The translations under genes were made by a program, and so were the position numbers. The notes beneath the pieces are model-generated. The model saw only the letters and a list, made by a program, of their open reading frames with translations. It did no database searches and was not told where the DNA came from. From contig CAWCAG010000005.1 of NCBI GenBank assembly GCA_963793425.1, forward strand, positions 1,120,001-1,184,000: a stretch of 64,000 nucleotides of DNA. The letters run 5' to 3'. Positions within the stretch are counted from its first letter, which is position 1. Every line of letters begins with the position of its first letter. This DNA is from an uncultured cyanobacterium. Lineage in GTDB: Bacteria; Cyanobacteriota; Cyanobacteriia; Cyanobacteriales; CAWCAG01. Shown here piece by piece: positions 43,558-53,489 of the stretch.

Positions 43558-46011
43558 ATGCTGCTTCAATACTTTGAAAACCGCCCCAATCTTGCTGTTA
43601 ATTATGTATTAACCAGTACTTCCATATCTCTAAACTCCTTTTTGTGGTTTTTACTTATCCTTGCTTTGGTTTTGCTTTTTGCCAGATTAAGAAAAGTCAA
43701 GGAAAGAAACAATGAGGTTATTTTACGAGATCGCTACATAAGTGCCTTGATTGAGGTTCAATTTGAGTTACTAGCTTATTTAGGCAATTCCCACAGTTAT
43801 GAAAAAATTATCTTGACTTTAGGAAAAGCAGCCAGAGCTAGTCGAGTCTATATTTGGGAAAGTGACCTAAATAAAGAAAGTTCACTAACTCATTATCAAG
43901 TAGAATGGTGCGCTTCAGAAATTGCTTCTCCTAAAAAAGATCGTCTTTCTCAAACTTTTTACCAAGAAATACTTGCTAATAGAATCTCTTTTTTTTCTCA
44001 AGGTCAATATCTCCACGAAGTAGTTGAGGATTTACCAGGATTGGAAAAGAATTTTTTTATAGCTAGAGATGTTTTGTCGGTTTTAATCTTTCCTTTAATG
44101 GTTAACAAAGAATGTTGGGGAATTATTGGTTTTGAGAACTGTCTAGAAGCTAAGTTGTGGGAATCTATAGAAATAACTTGGTTACATTCATCCGCTAATG
44201 CTATTGCTTTAGCTCAAGCAAATCAAATTAGTAAAGAAGAGTTAGAAAAAGTCAATTTTCAACTAGAAGAAAGAGCAACTGAACGTAGTGCAAAGCTAAT
44301 TCAGACTAACGAAAAGCTTTTAAAAGAGCTTACACAAAGAAAGCAAATTCAAGAAAACCTTATTGAAAGCCAATTATCTTTAACTACTATCAATAGAATA
44401 TCCACTGGTATTATTGATGATTTATCGATTGAAAAAATTATAGCAGAAACTTTTCAAAGACTAGGTAAATATTATTTAGATATTAGTATAGCTTACGCAG
44501 TAAGGCATGGTAGAGGAGAGTTAGAAGTCAGATACCATTATAGTCATCCTGGAAGTAATGATAGTTTAATCGGCAAAAAAATAGAGCTTAATGTGGTTCC
44601 TAATTGCCTAGAAAATCTCTCCAAAGGAGCCATGATTATAGCCAATGATATAAGCAAAGAACCACAACTGCTTCCTCTTTTACCTCAACTTTCTAACCAT
44701 CAAATTGGCAGTTGGCTAGTTGCTTCCCTCCATAATAGTAAAAAGTTTTTTGGTTTAATCTACTTCTATACCTCAGAACCAAGAAACTGGAGTTATTATG
44801 AAATTTCTACTTTAAAAGAATCTGCTAAATATCTGTCCATTGCCCTTAAAAATTATCAAACCGAAACACAATTGCAAGAATATCGTAATCATCTTCAGCA
44901 GCTAGTTCAAGAACGCACTCAGTCTCTAGTAAAAACAAACCAGAAACTCAAAAAAGAAATTAGCGATCGCTTACAAGTTGAAGAAGCTTTACGCCATAGC
45001 GAAGATAGATTTAGAGTAACTTTTAATCAAGCTGCTATAGGAATCATTCAGACTGATTTAAAAGGAAACTTCCTTAACATGAATCCTAAGTTTTGCCAAA
45101 TCATTGGTTATTCTCGGAGTGAACTTCTTACCAAGAATATCGAGGAGATTACTCATCCTGATGATCGGGAAAATTCTTGGCAGTTATTTAGCCAATTATT
45201 AGCAGGAGAGACTTCTACATTTGTTCTAGAAGAGCGTTATGTCTGTAAAAATGGCAGCCTTATTTGGGCTAATTCAACTGCTTCTTTAGTCTATCTTCCT
45301 AATGGCAAACCCCACTATACTATCGGTATTATTGAAGATATTAGTGAGCGCAAAGAGATAAAAGAGAAAATCAAAGCTTCTTTACGAGAAAAGGAAATTC
45401 TCCTTAAAGAAATTCATCACAGAGTTAAAAACAACTTACACATAATTTCTAGCTTACTAGACTTACAATCTGACTATCTTGAAGACGAACGTTTTTCTAG
45501 TATTTTTGCCGATAGTCAAAGTCGCATTGAAACTATGGCCTTAGTTCACGAACAGCTTTATCAATCTAAAGATTTGAGGCAAATTAATCTAGAAGATTAT
45601 ATACATCGATTAATGGACAACTTAGCTATTTCCTACAACTGCGATTTGAGTATTATCTCACTGTTTGTAGAAGTTGAACCTGTCATTCTCAACTTAGAAA
45701 CAGCAATTCCCTGTGGTTTATTAATTAATGAATTAGTTACTAATTGTTTCAAATATGCCTTTCCCTATGGACGTAGCGGCAAAATTCACATTAAACTTCA
45801 ACAAAATACTGAAAAAAGAATCTGTTTAGCGGTTTGGGATAATGGTGTTGGCATTCCCCCCAGCGTTGATTGGCAAAATTCTAACTCTTTAGGCTTAGAA
45901 TTAGTGCATACATTAGCTGAGCAGTTGCACGCTGAAATAACTCTTGATCGTAAAAATGGTACTTCTTTTACTTTCAGATTTTTTCAACTCAACTACAAAG
46001 CCAGATTTTAA
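43558..46011 (+). CDS. GAF-GAF-PAS sensor histidine kinase (HisKA_2 type)
   Basis: ITHPDD PAS; KEIHHRVKNNL; MALVHEQLY; NELVTNCFKYAF; DNGVG, SLGL. Confidence 0.92.
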   Translation: MLLQYFENRPNLAVNYVLTSTSISLNSFLWFLLILALVLLFARLRKVKERNNEVILRDRYISALIEVQFELLAYLGNSHSYEKIILTLGKAARASRVYIWESDLNKESSLTHYQVEWCASEIASPKKDRLSQTFYQEILANRISFFSQGQYLHEVVEDLPGLEKNFFIARDVLSVLIFPLMVNKECWGIIGFENCLEAKLWESIEITWLHSSANAIALAQANQISKEELEKVNFQLEERATERSAKLIQTNEKLLKELTQRKQIQENLIESQLSLTTINRISTGIIDDLSIEKIIAETFQRLGKYYLDISIAYAVRHGRGELEVRYHYSHPGSNDSLIGKKIELNVVPNCLENLSKGAMIIANDISKEPQLLPLLPQLSNHQIGSWLVASLHNSKKFFGLIYFYTSEPRNWSYYEISTLKESAKYLSIALKNYQTETQLQEYRNHLQQLVQERTQSLVKTNQKLKKEISDRLQVEEALRHSEDRFRVTFNQAAIGIIQTDLKGNFLNMNPKFCQIIGYSRSELLTKNIEEITHPDDRENSWQLFSQLLAGETSTFVLEERYVCKNGSLIWANSTASLVYLPNGKPHYTIGIIEDISERKEIKEKIKASLREKEILLKEIHHRVKNNLHIISSLLDLQSDYLEDERFSSIFADSQSRIETMALVHEQLYQSKDLRQINLEDYIHRLMDNLAISYNCDLSIISLFVEVEPVILNLETAIPCGLLINELVTNCFKYAFPYGRSGKIHIKLQQNTEKRICLAVWDNGVGIPPSVDWQNSNSLGLELVHTLAEQLHAEITLDRKNGTSFTFRFFQLNYKARF

Positions 46012-46108
46012 CTTATACATTAAGATATGCGCGATCACAAACACCTTTCCCTGATGCTAGAAATAACCAGAGCAAGAAAGTCTCAGCAAAATCGCTAAAA
46101 CTATTTTT

Positions 46109-47251
46109 ATGCTGACAGTAAACAAGCAGGTGAATCAGGAAAGACAACATACTTCCCCAGCCAAAATCTTGGTTGTAGAAGATGAGTTGATTGTTGCCAA
46201 AAACCTGACTCGTAGCCTAGAAAAACAAGGCTATCATGTAACGGGAGTAGCTAGTTCCGGGAAGCTAGCTATTGAAAAAGCAAGAGAAACCCAGCCTAAT
46301 CTAGTTTTAATGGATATCACTCTTCAAGGGGATTTAGATGGTATCGAAACTGCCGAGATCATTAGCTCTCAACTTCATATTCCCATTATCTATATGACAG
46401 CCCACGCTGATGATTCTACTTTAGATAGAGCCAAAAGAACAGGACCCTATGGTTATTTAGTCAAGCCTTTTAAACCTCAAGATACCAAAACTACCATAGA
46501 AATGGCTTTAGCTAAACATAGTGCCGATCAACAAAGGGAAACAATCCTTTTAGAAGAAAAAGAACTCAACACTCTTAAAACTCGCTTTCTTTCTATGGCT
46601 GCCCATGATCTCCGGACTCCTCTCACTGCGATCGCGGGTTCTGCGGAATTGCTCAATTTGTATAGCCAAAAGGGTGATTTTAAGCAAAAAGGTGAAAAAT
46701 GTTTCCATCGTATTCAAACAAGTGTAGATTGCATGAATCAGATGCTGGAGGATCTCTCTATTTTAGGTGAATCTCAATTAGCACAATTACCTTTTAACCC
46801 AGTTTCAGTCGATATTGTAGCATTTTGTCAAGATTTAGTCAACGAATTTCAAACTATTTCTCAAGCTCAAATTATCTTTATTGAGGACAGAAAAAACATT
46901 CAAGGGCAAATGGATATTCAGGGTTTGCGCCACATCTTAATGAATTTGCTTTCCAATGCCATCAAATATTCCCCTGATGAAGACACCATTGAATTCACTC
47001 TTACTTCTGAAAATAAAACAGCTATCTTTGTAATCAAAGATCAAGGTATTGGTATTCCTCAAGAGGACTTAGAACGTCTTTTCGAGCCATTTTGTCGTGC
47101 AAAGAATGTCGGAAAAGTTAAAGGTAGCGGCTTAGGACTAGCAATTGTTAAGCAATTTGTTGATCTTCACAAAGGTACAATTAAAGTTGAGAGTCAAATT
47201 GGTCAAGGAACTACTTTAACTCTAACTATGCCTTTAATAGCTTCGTCGTAG
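46109..47251 (+). CDS. Hybrid response regulator/histidine kinase
   Basis: Receiver ILVVEDE, LMDI, KPF; H-box HDLRTPL; NAIKYS; GSGLGL. Confidence 0.93.
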   Translation: MLTVNKQVNQERQHTSPAKILVVEDELIVAKNLTRSLEKQGYHVTGVASSGKLAIEKARETQPNLVLMDITLQGDLDGIETAEIISSQLHIPIIYMTAHADDSTLDRAKRTGPYGYLVKPFKPQDTKTTIEMALAKHSADQQRETILLEEKELNTLKTRFLSMAAHDLRTPLTAIAGSAELLNLYSQKGDFKQKGEKCFHRIQTSVDCMNQMLEDLSILGESQLAQLPFNPVSVDIVAFCQDLVNEFQTISQAQIIFIEDRKNIQGQMDIQGLRHILMNLLSNAIKYSPDEDTIEFTLTSENKTAIFVIKDQGIGIPQEDLERLFEPFCRAKNVGKVKGSGLGLAIVKQFVDLHKGTIKVESQIGQGTTLTLTMPLIASS

Positions 47252-47260
47252 TTAGTAAAT

Positions 47261-47626
47261 TCAAGTCCAGGACTTCAAAATCCAGCCACAAAGGATACCC
47301 AAGCCTCCAAACCTAACCGCTTGCCAGAAAGGTTCCTTGAAGCTACCCCAGCTAAACAAACGACTTTCTAAGTTGAGTTCAATAGTTTCTAGTTCCTGTT
47401 GAACTTGTCGTAATTCTGCTTTAATTTGCTGGTAATTACTAGAACTACGTTTTTGTTTGTGGAGTTGCTTTTGTTCTTGCTGAAGCTGTGTTTGCCTATT
47501 TTGCGAATGAGTCACCTGCTTATAGCGTTCCTTAACAGCTATCAATAATTCTTCAACCTCTAATAAAGCTTTCTCTATTTCTGGATCGCCATTTTCTAAG
47601 AATTTTGGCTCTTTAGGTGGATTCAT
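47261..47626 (-). CDS. Conserved cyanobacterial coiled-coil protein with C-terminal TM
   Basis: ELNLESRLFSW..FKEPFWQAVRFGGLG. Confidence 0.75.
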   Translation of the reverse strand: MNPPKEPKFLENGDPEIEKALLEVEELLIAVKERYKQVTHSQNRQTQLQQEQKQLHKQKRSSSNYQQIKAELRQVQQELETIELNLESRLFSWGSFKEPFWQAVRFGGLGILCGWILKSWT

Positions 47627-47703
47627 CTGTTGCCATAGAGTAGTATTTAGATTGCGGCGATAAACTTAAAATCTTAACTTCAACATTTCTATCACAAAAA
47701 TCT

Positions 47704-47997
47704 ATGTCTCAACTAACCCAGCGATCGCACTCCCAAGCAACTCTAGATGAAGTGAGTACCCTAGAGTTGGCACAAGCCCTGGCAGAGCGCTTAAGCATCA
47801 AGCCTAATGATTGGCATCGTCTTAAAGCTAACCGCCCTGCCCAAGCTAGCCAGCAAGCTGCCGCAGCTTTAGTCTTCTTATTAAGAGACAACTCCCAAGA
47901 GGCATTAGTGAGATTTAAGCAAGCTGTAGGGTGGTTAGATCGTTCTATTTCTGCTCCTCCCTGCCCGACTCATGGGGCCAAGAAAGACCAAGCTTAG
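47704..47997 (+). CDS. DUF6439 family protein
   Basis: LELAQALAERL.I.PNDWHRLKANR...PPCPTHG. Confidence 0.75.
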   Translation: MSQLTQRSHSQATLDEVSTLELAQALAERLSIKPNDWHRLKANRPAQASQQAAAALVFLLRDNSQEALVRFKQAVGWLDRSISAPPCPTHGAKKDQA

Positions 47998-48000
47998 GGT

Positions 48001-48453
48001 TCAGGTTACTAAAGTAGGTCTTAGCTTAGTTTTCCTCATCTGCTTGTAAAGCATCAACTGAGTTCCTTGAGAGTTCCAATTAACTTCATCAAAAACTTGG
48101 TTTAAGATACAAAGTCCTCTACCGCTTTCAGACTCTTCTGGAGGCAAGTGTTCTTCTGGATGAATGCTGCACTCGCAAGTAGGAGCAAAACCAGAACCTT
48201 CATCAGAAATAATCCAAAAATAACTATCCTCTAAGATGGAAAATTCTACTGCGACAGTTTTGCTAGGGTCGAGCTTGTTACCATGCTTAGCAGCATTAAC
48301 CAGTGCCTCTTGCAGTCCTAACCTCAACTCGGCTTGCAACTCACCAGGTATTTTAGCCAGAAGTAAATCTAGAATTGGACAAAGATAGAGGGTAGAGGCA
48401 AAGCTCATTTTAGACCATTCTTGTCTACTTGGAAGCATTGATATAGCAATCAC
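48001..48453 (-). CDS. pmgA: Anti-sigma-factor-like regulator PmgA
   Basis: SFASTLYLCPILDLLL, LGLQEALVNAAKHGN, ESGRG; GTG start at 48453 behind AGAGG. Confidence 0.88.
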   Translation of the reverse strand: MIAISMLPSRQEWSKMSFASTLYLCPILDLLLAKIPGELQAELRLGLQEALVNAAKHGNKLDPSKTVAVEFSILEDSYFWIISDEGSGFAPTCECSIHPEEHLPPEESESGRGLCILNQVFDEVNWNSQGTQLMLYKQMRKTKLRPTLVT

Positions 48454-48486
48454 ATCATAAACCTCTAGCTTTGATAACAAAAGAAG

Positions 48487-49873
48487 GTGAACTACCTACA
48501 CTGACCTGACGGTACAGTGTAGGCTTCCTGCCCAACAGAAAGCGTAGTAGTGGATTTCTTGCGTCCTCCCTTACTCCGACTTACATCTGGGCGACAGGCT
48601 TTATCCCCCGTTCCAGAGGTTAAAATTCGTAGTCCCTCATCTCTGAGGTTAATAGATGCATTCACATCCCTATCATGTTTTGTATGACAGTTTTCGCAAG
48701 TCCAGAATCTTATATTTAGCGGTAAACTGCCAACTTGATTCAAGCACATACAACAGGTTTTTGAACTAGGGAAAAATCTATCAACTTCCTGATATATTTT
48801 TCCTGACATTTCTGCTTTGTATTTCAGCATTGTGCAAAACATTGCCCACCCTACTTGATGGATGGATTTAGCCAAACAATGATTTTGCATCATGCCTTTA
48901 ACATTGAGATTTTCAACCACAATAACTTGGTTTTCGTTGACCATCCTACGAGATAGCTTGTGTAGAAAATCTTCACGACAGTTAGTTATTTTTCTATGAA
49001 CTCTAGCAACTTTCCTTCTGGCTTTAATACGGTTATTAGAACCTTTCTGTTTTCTAGATAGTTGCTGCTGTTTTAGCTTTAAATTCTTTTCATGTTTGGT
49101 TAAAAATCTAGGATTATCAAACTTTGACCCATCACTAGTAACGGCAAAGTGGGTCAACCCCAAATCAATACCTATTGCTTTACCATCAATGCTTGCAGAA
49201 GGTTTATCCTTGCCATCGTTAAACACAATAGCCGCAAAATATTGATTGGAACAATTTTTGGATATGGTTACAGTTTTAACTTTTCCATCAATCGGTCTAT
49301 GAATTGTTGCTGATACACTCCCTATTTTAGGCAGAATTAAATAATTATCAGCAACCTTGACGTTTTGAGGATATTGTATTGACTGCTTACCATGTTTTGA
49401 TTTGAATCTAGGGTATTTAGCTCGTTTTTCAAAGAAATTATTGAAAGCTACACCCAAATTTAAGCAGACTTGTTGCAAGCATTGTGAATAAGTCGAAGTT
49501 AACCATTTATACTCTTTTTTTAACTGGGGAATTATCTTTTTTACTGCGTAGCCAGATAAACCCTTACCAGTTTCTTTGTATGTTTGATTCATCAAATTCA
49601 GGCAGTAATTCCAAAGCCAACGACAACAGCCAAAAGACTGCGCTAGAGACTGCTGTTGTTGGGCATCTGGATATAACCTGACTTTGACGACTTTTAACAT
49701 ATTAGAGTAAACAAAGTTTGCTATAAAAGAGTATAACATTTCTATTTGTTCGTTTCCTCCATGTTTTGCTCCCTGTTCTTCCTGCGGAAGAATTTAGTCA
49801 CAAAACTGTCGTCAACTCACGCGCAATTCATCTCAACACTTACCGCGAAGCGGAAGTGTGAGGCTTCTTGCTG
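48487..49873 (-). mobile_element. TnpB-only IS200/IS605-family (IS1341-like) element
   Basis: Left-end hairpin at about 49831-49863 preceded by TTGAA; right-end hairpin CCTACACTG..CAGTGTAGG ending GTAGTTCAC; no tnpA; left boundary inferred. Confidence 0.8.
48492..49700 (-). CDS. tnpB: RNA-guided endonuclease TnpB
   Basis: HTH KVRLYP..Q, RuvC-I GIDLG, RuvC-II VENL, Zn ribbon CCMC/CENC, RuvC-III DRDVNA. Confidence 0.95.
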   Translation of the reverse strand: MLKVVKVRLYPDAQQQQSLAQSFGCCRWLWNYCLNLMNQTYKETGKGLSGYAVKKIIPQLKKEYKWLTSTYSQCLQQVCLNLGVAFNNFFEKRAKYPRFKSKHGKQSIQYPQNVKVADNYLILPKIGSVSATIHRPIDGKVKTVTISKNCSNQYFAAIVFNDGKDKPSASIDGKAIGIDLGLTHFAVTSDGSKFDNPRFLTKHEKNLKLKQQQLSRKQKGSNNRIKARRKVARVHRKITNCREDFLHKLSRRMVNENQVIVVENLNVKGMMQNHCLAKSIHQVGWAMFCTMLKYKAEMSGKIYQEVDRFFPSSKTCCMCLNQVGSLPLNIRFWTCENCHTKHDRDVNASINLRDEGLRILTSGTGDKACRPDVSRSKGGRKKSTTTLSVGQEAYTVPSGQCR

Positions 49874-50196
49874 TTCAAGCTAAATATTCTATTTCTAGCT
49901 CTATTATAACCAAACTGAGTACAAATACGTCAATTGATTGTCCATAACTATTCATTTCATGACCATCATTCCTTTGGTTCTTTTCCTGTTAAAGCCCAAA
50001 CCAAATAAGCTTTTTGAGGTGAAAACTTCTTACCTGTATTGAGGTGACGTACCTGAAAATGGAGATGGGGCCAGTGCTTCTGCCTGTATTTCCTGTTTTC
50101 CCTACTAATTTTCCTGCTGCTACTTCCAAAGGAGAGCTGTTAGTCTTGTCTGCACACCAAGACAGATGCAGAACATCAAATTGTAGTTCAGGTAAA

Positions 50197-52266
50197 CTAG
50201 GAGAAGTCATTGTCGCCACTTCCCCTCTTACGGGCTTGGACTGCGGCTTTGAGTACCTTAACTTTATAAGGATCAGTATCCTTGCGTCTGATCAGACGAT
50301 GTCCTTTGATAGTGGCACAATGGTCTTCAAGACATCTTAACCAGCCCTGGAGATGTGAAATACTACTCAAGTCATCTAATAGGCCCCAGTCTTGTTCCTG
50401 GCGGCTGAGACGGGCAAACTTTTCATACAAAGGATAATCTGTCGTAACTAAGGTTTCTTTTTGGTGCAGAATAGGGGGATTATCAGGCTCATATTCCCAA
50501 TAACTGACGTGTAAGTCTCGTAAGTCTATTTGCATACTAGTGTGAAGAAGGGGATGAGATTCTGTATCAAAATCTGGGTAAAAGAGGTAAGAAATCTTTG
50601 GCTTGCGGCTATGAAACTTAATTAAGGTTACTTCTTCCATTCTGCCGATGGTGCGGCTGGCACAACCTTCATAAAGTCGTAGCAAAGGGTTAAGGTTTTC
50701 CAAAGAACTAATGTGTACGAGGAGAGAGTTACGCTGCTTCTGCCCGATCTTACTATGTAAACAACACTCGGCAATCACTTCTGGATCACCAAGGCTAAAT
50801 AACATATCTTCTGCCTCAAAAGTTGCTTGGCGATAGCTACCAAATAGGCCTTTAAAATCTTCTTTCACCGTAGGGGCAAATTCTCTTAACTTGGGACGGC
50901 GATTCAATTCAGCCAAGGCTAAATAAAGTTGTAAATCTTGGCGACGTTTTGCGGCGATCGCCTCCCACTCTTGAGGTTCTGTTACTTGTAAAATTACTTT
51001 GAAGGCTCGGCGCAAAGTACCAAATTCTTCTTTAAGGGCAACTTCTTGGGCTAACTCTCCTTTGACTGGTAAGCGTCCTCGTTCAGTGAAAAAGGCCATC
51101 AAGGGGTTAAGTAATTCTTGATAATCTTCAAAACTTCTAATGGGTTTGCGTACCTTTGGAGTGATAGCCCTAGAACGGAAGCGGGAAGCACGGAAAGTTT
51201 GGGCTTGGGTTTCGTTACGAAAAACGAAGTAAATTCCCAACCCCACCGGGATAGCATCGGCGTTAAGAACCTGGTCAATATAACTTTTTAACTCTTCTTG
51301 TTCATAATACTTTTGAAACGTGCTGCGGTTGGTGATTACCCCATCTCCATAGGCAATTTGTCCTCTGCTGCTGCTACTAATTAAGACTTGCGCTGCTACA
51401 ATCAAAACCTGTTGAGTTAGTTCCCAGGCTCTTACAAGGGCTTCCCGCCGTTCTGCCAAGTCTTCTATAACGTTGATAATATAACCCAAGTTGACCACAG
51501 CAGAAGATGTTGGGGCTGTTTCTGGGCGATAATAGGGGTCCCAACCAGAACTCTGATAACCTTTTTTAGCCATGCGTTCGACATCTCCTCCCCAACCACA
51601 ACCATAGTCAAAGAAAGTTGTATCAGGGGAGAATAAGTCGGCTTCTAAGGCTAAACGGACAGGACGGGAAAGAGACTTACGTACCATTGCTGCTTTGTGG
51701 CGTTCAATCTTGATGGTACGAGTTTTGAAGGCTTTGTGCAGCGGACAAGCGAGATAATGTCCTTGTAACTCTACACCGTAGTTAGCAAGGCGTTGTTGCC
51801 ATTCCTTTTGAGTACCGATGAAGCGAGATTTATCTAATAAACCCAAAACTTCTTCAGTGGAAGTAAGTTGGGCAAATTTCTGGTAAAGAGGATAGTCAGG
51901 AGTGACAAAAGCTTCTTTGCGATGCAGTATGGGAGGATTTTCTGACTTACTATAATCTCGATAACTAGTTGCCAAACTCAGCACATCTACCTGAATACTA
52001 CTTTGTAGGGCTGGATGGGGATCTTCATCAAAATCTGGATAAAAAAGATAGGAAATCTTTGGTTTGTTAAGGTTAAATTTAACCAAGGTAGCTTCAGCTA
52101 ATTGTTTGCTAGTTTCCCTAACTCGGCTTTCATAACTTCGGAGTTGAGGAGCAAGGCAACTCAGAGCAGAAGTATGCACGTATAAAGCAGTAGGAAGAAG
52201 TTTACCAACTTTACTTTGCTGACATAGTTGCCAAATTTCACCCTTGGGATCAAGATTGGAAAGCAT
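50197..52266 (-). CDS. DNA phosphorothioation-associated putative methyltransferase (TIGR04096-like)
   Basis: RHKAA..R..LSRPV, FFDYGCG.G.D, GWDPYY, VNLGYIINVIE, TFQKYY.Q.EL; duplicated ISYLFYPDFD/NPPILH domain. Confidence 0.82.
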   Translation of the reverse strand: MLSNLDPKGEIWQLCQQSKVGKLLPTALYVHTSALSCLAPQLRSYESRVRETSKQLAEATLVKFNLNKPKISYLFYPDFDEDPHPALQSSIQVDVLSLATSYRDYSKSENPPILHRKEAFVTPDYPLYQKFAQLTSTEEVLGLLDKSRFIGTQKEWQQRLANYGVELQGHYLACPLHKAFKTRTIKIERHKAAMVRKSLSRPVRLALEADLFSPDTTFFDYGCGWGGDVERMAKKGYQSSGWDPYYRPETAPTSSAVVNLGYIINVIEDLAERREALVRAWELTQQVLIVAAQVLISSSSRGQIAYGDGVITNRSTFQKYYEQEELKSYIDQVLNADAIPVGLGIYFVFRNETQAQTFRASRFRSRAITPKVRKPIRSFEDYQELLNPLMAFFTERGRLPVKGELAQEVALKEEFGTLRRAFKVILQVTEPQEWEAIAAKRRQDLQLYLALAELNRRPKLREFAPTVKEDFKGLFGSYRQATFEAEDMLFSLGDPEVIAECCLHSKIGQKQRNSLLVHISSLENLNPLLRLYEGCASRTIGRMEEVTLIKFHSRKPKISYLFYPDFDTESHPLLHTSMQIDLRDLHVSYWEYEPDNPPILHQKETLVTTDYPLYEKFARLSRQEQDWGLLDDLSSISHLQGWLRCLEDHCATIKGHRLIRRKDTDPYKVKVLKAAVQARKRGSGDNDFS

Positions 52267-52477
52267 ATTTCAGTTATTACCCTATCAAGGAAGTAGCACC
52301 CTATTATTCCTAATGAGAACATAATACCAGTTCTGAAAACTAGCGCTACCGATTTTCTGGCTATTTTCTTGGCTTTTATTATTCCCAAAAAGCTTTTAAA
52401 AGTAGCAATTAGTTGATTTCCTGTTCCCCAAAAAAGTTTCTGTATAAGTAACTAAGTGTTTAATTAATAGTTAGCTT

Positions 52478-52717
52478 ATGCAGATTAAATATTCATTACT
52501 AATAAATAGTCTATTGTTGGCTATAGTAACTCTAAACCCACATAATAGTGAAGGAAATTTTAGTATTTTAAAAGAAAATAATAACTTTGCTTACCGTAGT
52601 TGCAGAGTGAAGCTCAGTGGCTGTCGTGGCGGTACTGGTAGAAGAAGGATTATGTCTGCGATTCCTGACCAAACAGATAATCTTAATAGTAGTCTCACTG
52701 CTTTAAAAGTATCTTAG
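52478..52717 (+). CDS. Small secreted peptide, PatX-like candidate
   Basis: Hydrophobic N-terminal signal followed by CRGGTGRR. Confidence 0.45.
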   Translation: MQIKYSLLINSLLLAIVTLNPHNSEGNFSILKENNNFAYRSCRVKLSGCRGGTGRRRIMSAIPDQTDNLNSSLTALKVS

Positions 52718-52727
52718 CTTATTCTGA

Positions 52728-53489
52728 TTAAGATAGCCTTAAGCGAAGAAGTAAATCGTTTAATGCTTCCTTGGCAGTCGCCTTTTCTGGTAAATGACTC
52801 TTTTCAGTAGCTTCTTTTAAGGCACTTTCTAAGCGTTCGTACTCTTTTCGATAAAAAGTTAAGTCAGTTTCTTTTAAAAAAGCTTTTTCTTGCCCTTCTA
52901 CTTTTTGCTCAATAAGTTCTTGCAGATAAGATAACTGAAATACTTCGTTTAAAGTCAGTAAATTTGCTTCCACTTTCCCTGTTTGCATGAGATGAATACC
53001 TGTCAACAACACACGGTAAACATAAAGTAAAGGTTTAACTTGTCGGGGTTGCTTTTTCTCAAACAGTCGCCATTGGGTTTTAGCAAACCCAAGATAATGG
53101 TAAGAATGATAGCTAGTAAGGCAATCATGAGCAATTACTTTTAGTTCTGCATGAGCTGCGGTAGTCTGTAGAATTAAAGGAGAGTAAAGCTGCTCTAAAA
53201 CGTAGCCATTTCTGGTTAGTAATAAAGTAAAAAACTTCTTGATATCATGGGTGACTAAATCAACTTCTATGCCCTCTTTAGTCTCAGATAATTCAATAGT
53301 TTCATGAGACTTATACAAACCAACAACTTCTACTGCTGGTAAAATATGGACTCCCCGTAAGTCGTAATCTGAATCTGCTGAAGGAAAACCATATAAGTGT
53401 GCGCCGCTAATAGTAACAAATAACAAAGGATAAGGCTGATTTTTGATGGTTTCTGATAATTGCTTAATCATAATTTTTCTAGCTATCAC
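52728..53489 (-). CDS. RlaP/YcgL-like Pol-beta nucleotidyltransferase
   Basis: ISGAHLYGFPSADSDYDLRGVH, NGYVLEQL, KPLLYVYR. Confidence 0.85.
   Translation of the reverse strand: MIARKIMIKQLSETIKNQPYPLLFVTISGAHLYGFPSADSDYDLRGVHILPAVEVVGLYKSHETIELSETKEGIEVDLVTHDIKKFFTLLLTRNGYVLEQLYSPLILQTTAAHAELKVIAHDCLTSYHSYHYLGFAKTQWRLFEKKQPRQVKPLLYVYRVLLTGIHLMQTGKVEANLLTLNEVFQLSYLQELIEQKVEGQEKAFLKETDLTFYRKEYERLESALKEATEKSHLPEKATAKEALNDLLLRLRLS

Noticed and set aside
49989..50340. ORFs 49989-50219 and 50044-50340
   Set aside because: They overlap each other and the methyltransferase end and carry no motifs; more likely the displaced pmgA upstream region.
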